Source: Myxococcales bacterium
Lineage (GTDB): Bacteria; Myxococcota_A; Bradymonadia; UBA7976; UBA1532
Length of the DNA: 64,000 bases
Assembly: GCA_020633435.1 (NCBI GenBank)
Contig: JACKDP010000002.1
Location: 631,788 to 695,787 of the forward strand
Direction of reading: 5' to 3'
The notes under the pieces are model-generated. The model saw only the letters and a program-made list of their open reading frames with translations, searched no databases and was not told where the DNA came from. Made by a program: the position numbers and the translations under genes. Shown here piece after piece: positions 1-6,609 of the stretch; within the stretch, counting starts at the first letter, position 1; each line of letters begins with the position of its first letter.

Positions 1-1829
1 AGGTCGGCCTGGCCCTGGCCGAGGCGCACCACCGCGGCATCGCCCACGGCGATCTGAAGCCGTCCAACATCCTGCTGGTCGAGACGGAGGATCGCGTCTC
101 GGCCCGGGTGACGGACTTCGGGCTGCTGCCGCCGGTCGAAGACGTGCCCGAGCTGGCCGAGCTGCGACCCTCCGGCCGCCCGCTCTTCGGCACCCCCGCG
201 TTCCTGCCGCCCGAGCGCATCCTGCGCGACGACGCCCCCGACGCCCGCGGCGACATCTACGCCCTCGGCCTCATCCTCTACGAGCTCCTGAGCGGCGAGA
301 ACCCCATGCGCCGCGGCGGCCCCGGCAGCACCCTGCGCCGCCAGCTCGACCACGAGCTGCCCCCGGTGAGCGGCCGCCGGCCCCTGCCGGGCGAGCTCGT
401 GGAGCTGGTGCAGCGGATGACCGCCCGCCAGCCGGAGCTGCGCCCGACCACCATCGAGGAGGTCCTGGAGACGCTGTCGGCCGTCGACCTCGCCGATCCC
501 GCGCCCCAGACGGGCCGCCGCACCATCACCGGCCGCCAGGTCCAGATGGCGGACCAGTTCGCCGGCGCCTACACCGAGGTGGTGGCCGAGCGCGAGGATC
601 TGCGCAGCGAGATCGAGCACGAGCGCACCCGGGCGGCCATGGCCGAGCGGCGCACCCAGCGCTGGCGCGGCCTCGCCGTCATGGGCTTCACGCTGACGAC
701 GGCGTGCCTGGTGGCGGCCGTCTTCGCGCTCCTGCAGAGCCAGCAGATCATCGACAAGACGCTGGCCCCCGACGCGCAACCTCCTGTTTCTCAGCGGGAT
801 TTCGGACTCGATCCCGATCCGGCGGACGCCGAGGCCCCGCCCACGGCCGCGCCGGCGCCGCCGCCCACCGCGCCCCCCACGGCGGCCCCGCCGCCCCCGC
901 CCCCGACGGCCCCGCCCACCGTCGCCGCCCCCGTCATCTGGCCCGATCCGCCCCGGCCGGGGCTGGTGGCCCTGGTGCCCGTCGCCAACCAGGGCGCGCG
1001 CATGCTCTACGCCGGGCGCACGGAGGTCACCCGCGCCCAGTGGCAGGGCCTGATGGGGGGTGACGGCCCGGCCGACCAGCGGCCCGTCACGCGCATCGAG
1101 TTCTGGGAGGCCGTCCGCTTCTCCAACGCCCTCTCCGAGAAGGAGGGGCTGGCCCCCTGCTACACCTGCCGCACCCCGGACTGCGTCGACGCGACGCGCA
1201 ACGGGGCCTGCGTGGGCTATCGCCTGCCCACGAGCCTGGAGTGGGAGGAGATCGCCCGCGTGGCCAGCCCCGCCGGCCCCCCGCCCGCCGCCGAGGCCGT
1301 CTACGCCCGCCACGATCGGGAGGGCCCGGAAGACGTCTGCGCGCGCGGTGTCCACCACGGCTTCTGCGACGTCTACGGCAACGTCTGGGAGTGGACGTGG
1401 GAGGGCACCGCCACCCGGCGCGTCCGGCTGGGCGGCTCGTGGATGCACACCCGCGACGAGGCCCGGATGCGGGTGCAGCACAGCACCTCCAAGCGCACGC
1501 CCTACCTGGGCATCCGGCTGGTGCGATCCCTGGCGCCCACGCCGCCCATCGAGTTCGCGGGGCTGAGCATCGACCCCATGGCCGCCACGCTCCGCGCCCC
1601 GGGCCATGACGCCCGGCCCCTCGGCCCATCGGCGGCCGCCGTGCTCTTCGAGGGCCTGCGCGCCCGGGGCGAGCCCGTCACCCTCTCCGCCCTCGCCGCC
1701 CGCGACGGCCTCGACGTCGCCGCCGTCCGCCAGGGGGCCGAGCGCCTGCGCGCCGTCCTCGACGAGCTGGGCCAGCGGCTGCGCCTGGAGCCCGCCGACA
1801 CCGATGGCGTCCGCCTCGTGGTCCACTGA
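1..1829 (+). CDS. Ser/Thr protein kinase, 5'-partial (kinase domain continues upstream of the window; reading frame starts at nt 3), with a Pro-rich linker, one TM segment and a C-terminal FGE-sulfatase (formylglycine-generating-enzyme-like) domain
   Basis: Translation from nt 3 gives HRGIAHGDLKPSNILL (catalytic loop), DFG, and APE-like GTPAFLPPE kinase motifs. The ORF is open to 1829. The C-terminus carries an FGE/SUMF1-like signature (RIEFWEAVRFSNAL...GYRLPTSLEWEE...GGSWMHTRDEARM...PYLGIRLVRS), the kinase-FGE fusion typical of myxobacteria. Confidence 0.8.
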   Translation, partial: VGLALAEAHHRGIAHGDLKPSNILLVETEDRVSARVTDFGLLPPVEDVPELAELRPSGRPLFGTPAFLPPERILRDDAPDARGDIYALGLILYELLSGENPMRRGGPGSTLRRQLDHELPPVSGRRPLPGELVELVQRMTARQPELRPTTIEEVLETLSAVDLADPAPQTGRRTITGRQVQMADQFAGAYTEVVAEREDLRSEIEHERTRAAMAERRTQRWRGLAVMGFTLTTACLVAAVFALLQSQQIIDKTLAPDAQPPVSQRDFGLDPDPADAEAPPTAAPAPPPTAPPTAAPPPPPPTAPPTVAAPVIWPDPPRPGLVALVPVANQGARMLYAGRTEVTRAQWQGLMGGDGPADQRPVTRIEFWEAVRFSNALSEKEGLAPCYTCRTPDCVDATRNGACVGYRLPTSLEWEEIARVASPAGPPPAAEAVYARHDREGPEDVCARGVHHGFCDVYGNVWEWTWEGTATRRVRLGGSWMHTRDEARMRVQHSTSKRTPYLGIRLVRSLAPTPPIEFAGLSIDPMAATLRAPGHDARPLGPSAAAVLFEGLRARGEPVTLSALAARDGLDVAAVRQGAERLRAVLDELGQRLRLEPADTDGVRLVVH

Positions 1830-1928
1830 TCCGACGGGCACCGCCGCCTTCTTGCGTGGCGCGGGAGGTGTGCTAGCATCCGCCCACGTGCAGAGATCGA
1901 GTCCTCAGCAACGATCCTCGGGTTCGCC

Positions 1929-3143
1929 GTGAAGCAGGCCTACATCCTCCGTCGGGAAGGGCGCGACTACCAGGCGCCGGATCTCGACACGCTGCGCTCC
2001 TGGGCCCGTGATGGCCGCGTCCTGCCGAGTGACATGGTGTATTCGCCCCGGTACCAGGCCTGGTACCGGGCCCGCGACCTGCGTGAGCTGCGCGCCGTGC
2101 TGCCCGCCCAGGAGCCAGCGACGCGCTCCTCGGCGCGCCAGCAGTTCTGGCTGCGCAAGGGCGACCAGAACTACGCCACCGACAGCCTCGACACCATCCT
2201 GCGCTGGGCGTCCGAGGGCAACATCGACCCGGACGACTACATCTACCACCCGTCCTACGGGAAGTGGTTCCGCGCCGGCGACTCCCCCCAGCTCGCCAGC
2301 CGGTTCCCTGCCCACCTGAAGGAGCGCGACGAGCCCTTCACCGGGGTGGACCTGGAGCGGGCGGACTCGGTGGCCCAGACGGCCGTCGACCTGAAGACGG
2401 ACCAGATCCGGGCGGCCCTGCGCAGCCGCGTGCCCGTGGCGCCGGTGGTCGAGCCCGATCCGCTGGACGTCATCGATCCGCGCGACACCCGGCCCCTGGA
2501 CCAGGACGCCATCCTGCTGCACCGGCAGGATCCCGAGCCGGCGGTGCCCGTGGTCACGGCCATCCGCCCCAAGGCCGAGCCCCGCCCGACGCCGGAGCCG
2601 GAGCCGGAGCCGGAGATCACGCCCGAGCCCTCGGTGCAGCCCGAGCCCGTCGAGGCGCCGGCCTCCCCACCCGCCATGGAGCTGGACGAGGACGCCCGCT
2701 TCGAGGATCCCACCGGCGTCATGCGCCTCTTCTACGACGTCGCCCGCGTCTTCGTCGTGACCCGCGACCTGCGCCCCGGGGAGTTCCTGGAGGCCGAGTG
2801 CAAGCTGCCCAGCACCCAGGACGACTTCCGCGGGCTGAGCAAGAACGAGATCTACAGCACCCTCAGCCAGCGCATGGAGGCCCACCTCCACGGCCCCGTC
2901 GCCGGCGCCGGGACGGGGCTGGCCGCCGAGCACCAGCCGGGCTACCAGCTCCTCGTGTCCCGCGCGGAGGCCCTCATCGAGGCCACCGCGGCGGCGCTCG
3001 GCGTCATCGGCCAGCGCCCGCCCGAGCGCTTCGTCATCGGCAACCAGGCCCGGCCCAAGATGACGCCGCTGGAGGAGGAGGCGATGCTGCGCATCGACGC
3101 CGCCCTCACCGGGGTCATCTCGGTGCGTAAGCGCAAGAAGTAG
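1929..3143 (+). CDS. DUF4339/GYF-like domain protein (two N-terminal repeats), acidic Pro/Glu-rich linker, unknown function
   Basis: GTG-start ORF of 404 aa. Two repeats match the DUF4339 pattern (LRSWARDGRVLPSDMVYSPRYQAWYRARDL and LRWASEGNIDPDDYIYHPSYGKWFRAGD). Codon bias matches the host, and the antisense ORF 1905..2933 is low-complexity. Confidence 0.6.
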   Translation: MKQAYILRREGRDYQAPDLDTLRSWARDGRVLPSDMVYSPRYQAWYRARDLRELRAVLPAQEPATRSSARQQFWLRKGDQNYATDSLDTILRWASEGNIDPDDYIYHPSYGKWFRAGDSPQLASRFPAHLKERDEPFTGVDLERADSVAQTAVDLKTDQIRAALRSRVPVAPVVEPDPLDVIDPRDTRPLDQDAILLHRQDPEPAVPVVTAIRPKAEPRPTPEPEPEPEITPEPSVQPEPVEAPASPPAMELDEDARFEDPTGVMRLFYDVARVFVVTRDLRPGEFLEAECKLPSTQDDFRGLSKNEIYSTLSQRMEAHLHGPVAGAGTGLAAEHQPGYQLLVSRAEALIEATAAALGVIGQRPPERFVIGNQARPKMTPLEEEAMLRIDAALTGVISVRKRKK

Positions 3144-3177
3144 CGAAGTCTAAAGGCGTTTTCGGCCAGCAGCCGGG

Positions 3178-3585
3178 TCAGGCGCAGTCGTCGCAGAGGC
3201 CCTGGAGCTGCACCTCGAGCCCCCGCGCCATCAGGGCCGGATCGGCCCCCTCGATGGCCACCGACACCCCCGCCGCGCAGCGCACCGTCCCGCAGTCCCG
3301 GCAGATGATGTGGGGGTGGCCCGCCGCGGCGGTGCGCAGCTCGTAGCGCCAGACGTGATCCCCCGGATCGAACCGGTGCAGCAGGCCCGCCGCCGCCAGA
3401 TCGCGCAGGTTGCGGAAGACCGACGTGCGATCCAGCCCCTCCCCCTCCAGCGCCTCGGCGACGTCGGCGTGGGAGCGGGGCGCGTCCTGCCCGGCGAGCA
3501 GGCCGAGCACCCGCAGGCGGCCCCGGGTGGCCCGGAGGCCAGCGGTGTTCAGGAGCGCGCGGGCGCTGTCTTCGTGGGCGTCCAT
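3178..3585 (-). CDS. Fur-family metalloregulator (Fur/Zur-like), 135 aa from internal ATG
   Basis: C-terminal 135 aa of ORF 3178..3915 (MDAHEDSARALLNTAGLRATRGRLRVL...HHIICRDCG...CDDC) has the Fur winged-helix N-terminus and HxH/CxxC metal sites. The upstream part of the long ORF is Arg/Cys-rich nonsense and overlaps the next gene. Confidence 0.8.
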   Translation of the reverse strand: MDAHEDSARALLNTAGLRATRGRLRVLGLLAGQDAPRSHADVAEALEGEGLDRTSVFRNLRDLAAAGLLHRFDPGDHVWRYELRTAAAGHPHIICRDCGTVRCAAGVSVAIEGADPALMARGLEVQLQGLCDDCA

Positions 3586-3595
3586 CGCCGCCAGC

Positions 3596-4273
3596 CTAGC
3601 CGGATGAGCGGGCCACGTCGAGGGGTCCCACCACCCGGGCCCCGGCCACGCCGAAGGCGCGGTCGCCCGGCGCGAGCCGGCAGGTCGGCCCCCCGGAGAA
3701 CAGGCTGAAGGCCGGCAGCACCCCCACGCGGGCGCCCAGGTGGAAGCCTGGCAGCCGCACGCCGCCGCGCCCGCCCACCCGCACCGTCGGGTGCACATGG
3801 CCGCAGAAGACGTAGGCGTCCGCGTCGGGCTCGGGCTCGTGGCGGAAGAGGAACGGGCCCTCGCGCAGCGCCGGCACCACCTCGATGGGCCAGGCGGCGG
3901 GCAGGTGGGCCACATGGGCGTCGTGGTTGCCGGCCGTGAGCGTGACGGCGGCCCCCACGCCCCCGAGCCAGGCCGCCACCTCCGCGACCAGGCCCGGCGT
4001 CAGCCCGACGGCGCCGTGGATGAGGTCGCCCAGGACCACGAGGCGGCGGGCGGCGGTGCGGTCGAGGGCGGCGGCCAGGCGGCCCAGGTCGTCCGCCAGC
4101 AGGCGCGACGACACCGGGATGCCGGACCGCTGGAACGTCTCGGCCTTGCCCCAGTGCAGGTCGGCGACGACGAGGAGGCCGGCGGCCGGCCAGAACAGGG
4201 CGCGCTCCGGCAGCAGCCAGACGACCTCGCCCGCGACGTCCGCGGCCAGCGCTCCGGGGGGCAGGCTCGACAC
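3596..4273 (-). CDS. calcineurin-like metallophosphoesterase of the PdeM/TIGR04123 type (ligase-associated-type phosphoesterase); start placed at an in-frame GTG (uncertain)
   Basis: Motifs VVADLHWGK, GNHD and GHVHP, with the overall ~225 aa layout of PdeM-like phosphoesterases. Only 10 nt separate it from the downstream Fur-family gene on the same strand. Confidence 0.65.
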   Translation of the reverse strand: MSSLPPGALAADVAGEVVWLLPERALFWPAAGLLVVADLHWGKAETFQRSGIPVSSRLLADDLGRLAAALDRTAARRLVVLGDLIHGAVGLTPGLVAEVAAWLGGVGAAVTLTAGNHDAHVAHLPAAWPIEVVPALREGPFLFRHEPEPDADAYVFCGHVHPTVRVGGRGGVRLPGFHLGARVGVLPAFSLFSGGPTCRLAPGDRAFGVAGARVVGPLDVARSSG

Positions 4274-4401
4274 GACCGGCAGGATAAGTCGGCGCCCGCT
4301 GGATGGCCAGGGCCGCCATCGCCGATGCACCTGCCTGCACAGCCCGCTGGACTTCCCACGACCGGTCGCCAACACTGCACGCCAAAGCCCTCGGAGGTCC
4401 C

Positions 4402-5967
4402 ATGTCGCTGGCGCGCTGGTCGTTGCTGTTGGTGCTCGCAGGCTGCGGAGGCACGCGCCCCGGCGCCGGTCTCCCGGCGAGCGGCGGCCCGCCCACCGAG
4501 GAGGCCCCGGCCCAGGCGCTGCCGGCCCCGGGCCGCTTCTTCACCCCCGGCCTGGCCGACTACGCCGGCGCCGAGCGCCTGCCCGCCGACGCCCTCGAGA
4601 CGCGGCTGCGCCAGGCGCTGCAGCAGAGCATCGAGCCGCCGGCGAGCCTGGACTGCCTGGCGCGTGAGTACGCGGGGCGCTTCGCCGCCGACGCCCGCGA
4701 CGCCGATCCGGGCGCCATCCAGGCCATGGCGACGCGCTGCGGCTACTGGAGCCGGCCCGCCCACGTCACGGCCGCGACGGCGCTCTCGGAGGACGCCCTG
4801 CTGGCGCACTTCGGCAAGATCCCGCTGCAGGCCGTGCCGGGCCCCCTCGGCGTGGGCGTGGCGCGCCACCCGGACGGGCGCGTCACGGGCGTGCTCGTCA
4901 TCCCCCCGGGCGAGCTGCGGCTGGAGCCCATCGCCCGAAAGCCGAGCGGTTCCGCGGTGTTGCGTGGCCGCCTCCTCCGCGGTGATGGCGCGCTGGAGGT
5001 CTGGGTGGACGACGGGAAGCCCCGCGCCCTGCCCGTGAAGGCCGACCCGGCGGGGCGCTTCGAGGTCGCGCTGCCGGCGGTGGCCCCCGACGGGGCGCTG
5101 CAGGTGGAGGTCGTCCGGCACACCGGCCGCTTCCGCCGCACGATGGCCCTGCTCACCCTGGGCGTGGGTCGCCAGGATGGCTACGCGGCCCGGCCGCTGG
5201 CCGCCGTCGGTCGACCCGCCGCCACGGCCCTCGTCACGGCCGTGAACCAGGCTCGCCTCGCCGCGGGCCGCCCGCCCCTGCAGCCCGAGCCCGCGCTGCA
5301 CGCCCAGCTCGACGCGTGGATGGATCGGCTGGCCCAGGGCGAGGCCTCCGACGAGCCCCCGGGCATCGTGGACGAGCGCGGCTGGCCCTTCGCCGCGGTG
5401 GGCTACGGCTTCACCGAGGGCGCCGACCCTGGCCAGGCCATCGACCTGCTGCTCGAGACGCCGACGGGGCGAGACGTGCTGCTCGGCGCGAACCTCGACG
5501 AGGTCGCCGTCGGCACCCGGCCCTTCGAGGCCGGCCCCGGCTTCGACGCCGTGATCCTGGGACTGCAGCGGTTCCAGGGCCGCCCGGCCGAGGAGGTGCG
5601 CGCCACGCTCCAGCAGAAGCTCACGGCGGCCCGCGGCGGGCAGGCCCTCACGGCGGCCCCGGCCCTCCAGGCCATCGCCCAGGCCGTCGCCGATCGCGCC
5701 CTGGCCGGCAGCCTGCCCTGGAAGGACGCCGTGCCCGCCGTCATGGAGGTCGTGCGCGCCGAGAAGCCAGTGCGCGGGAACTTCGGCGCCGGCGCCTTCA
5801 CCGTCGTGAACCCGGCCGAGGCCGACACGGCGGGCATGCCCCACGCCCTCGATCCGGGCATGAAGTTCATCGGCATCGGGGTCGCGGCGGGGCCCCTCCC
5901 CGGCGGCGGCATCCCCCGCCACATCATCGTCTACCTGGCGGCCGAGGCCCTGCCGGGGGACGGCTGA
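4402..5967 (+). CDS. lipoprotein with a CAP/SCP/PR-1-like domain, unknown function
   Basis: ATG at 4402 gives the lipobox signal MSLARWSLLLVLAGCGG. The later region TALVTAVNQARLAAGRPPLQPEPALHAQLDAWMDRLAQGE fits the CAP-domain consensus. The ORF upstream of 4402 overlaps the phosphoesterase gene and has no signal peptide. Confidence 0.55.
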   Translation: MSLARWSLLLVLAGCGGTRPGAGLPASGGPPTEEAPAQALPAPGRFFTPGLADYAGAERLPADALETRLRQALQQSIEPPASLDCLAREYAGRFAADARDADPGAIQAMATRCGYWSRPAHVTAATALSEDALLAHFGKIPLQAVPGPLGVGVARHPDGRVTGVLVIPPGELRLEPIARKPSGSAVLRGRLLRGDGALEVWVDDGKPRALPVKADPAGRFEVALPAVAPDGALQVEVVRHTGRFRRTMALLTLGVGRQDGYAARPLAAVGRPAATALVTAVNQARLAAGRPPLQPEPALHAQLDAWMDRLAQGEASDEPPGIVDERGWPFAAVGYGFTEGADPGQAIDLLLETPTGRDVLLGANLDEVAVGTRPFEAGPGFDAVILGLQRFQGRPAEEVRATLQQKLTAARGGQALTAAPALQAIAQAVADRALAGSLPWKDAVPAVMEVVRAEKPVRGNFGAGAFTVVNPAEADTAGMPHALDPGMKFIGIGVAAGPLPGGGIPRHIIVYLAAEALPGDG

Positions 5968-5978
5968 GAGGAGAGCCT

Positions 5979-6431
5979 GTGCTGAACATCGGTGATTCTG
6001 CTCCGGATTTCGTCGCCCACACCGCCGAGGGCGACGTGACGCTGGCGGCGCTCTGCGCGGAGGGCCCCTTCGTCCTCTACTTCTACCCGGCCGACTTCAC
6101 GCCCATCTGCACGAAGCAGGCGTGCATGTTCCGCGACATCCACCCCGAGCTGGTGGCGGCGGGCGTGCGCGTGGTGGGGGTCAGCAGCCAGGGGGACAGC
6201 AGCCACGAGGCCTTCCGCCACCAGCACGACCTGCCCTTCCCGCTGCTGCCCGACAAGGACGAGGCCATTGCCGGCGCCTTTGGCGTAAAGGGGCCGTTCG
6301 GGCTCACCCGGCGCGCTTCCTTCCTCATGGACGGGGACGGCCGCGTCGTCGATCGCCTGGTCGCCGACCTGCGCGTCGCGCGGCACGAGGCCTTCGCCCG
6401 CAAGGCCATCGAGCGCTTCGGGAAGCGTTAG
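5979..6431 (+). CDS. bcp: peroxiredoxin, Bcp-type thiol peroxidase (thioredoxin fold)
   Basis: GTG start preceded by a GAGAGGAGAG Shine-Dalgarno. VLNIGDSAPDFVAHTAEGDVTLAAL...FVLYFYPADFTPICTKQACMFRD matches the Bcp/PrxQ active-site consensus, with peroxidatic Cys in TPIC. Confidence 0.85.
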   Translation: MLNIGDSAPDFVAHTAEGDVTLAALCAEGPFVLYFYPADFTPICTKQACMFRDIHPELVAAGVRVVGVSSQGDSSHEAFRHQHDLPFPLLPDKDEAIAGAFGVKGPFGLTRRASFLMDGDGRVVDRLVADLRVARHEAFARKAIERFGKR

Positions 6432-6596
6432 CAGGCTGTTGAAAGAAGCTCCCGTCGCATCGCCGGCGCGCGCGGGCCAGCTGCTGCGTCGTCAGAAGTC
6501 CTCGACAATGCTCGGCATTGCCTGCGGTCTTCCTCCTTGCATCTGGCCCACTCGCACTCGCCGAGTGCTCGGTCCACTCATTTCAACAGCCTGCTA
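6429..6596. repeat. 168-bp element bounded by a perfect 16-bp terminal inverted repeat (TAGCAGGCTGTTGAAA ... TTTCAACAGCCTGCTA) with an internal 7-bp-arm palindrome GCACTCGcCGAGTGC; MITE-like element or long bidirectional terminator hairpin between convergent genes
   Basis: Left arm 6429-6444 (includes the bcp stop codon TAG), right arm 6581-6596. Flanks are AGCGT on the left and GAGCGT on the right. No ORF inside. Confidence 0.5.
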
Positions 6597-6609
6597 GAGC
6601 GTCGATGCG

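Noticed and set aside
3586-3915. N-terminal 110-codon extension of the Fur-family ORF (full ORF 3178..3915)
   Set aside because: The extension is Cys/Arg/Trp-rich and overlaps the upstream phosphoesterase gene. The internal ATG at 3585 gives a canonical 135-aa Fur-size protein.
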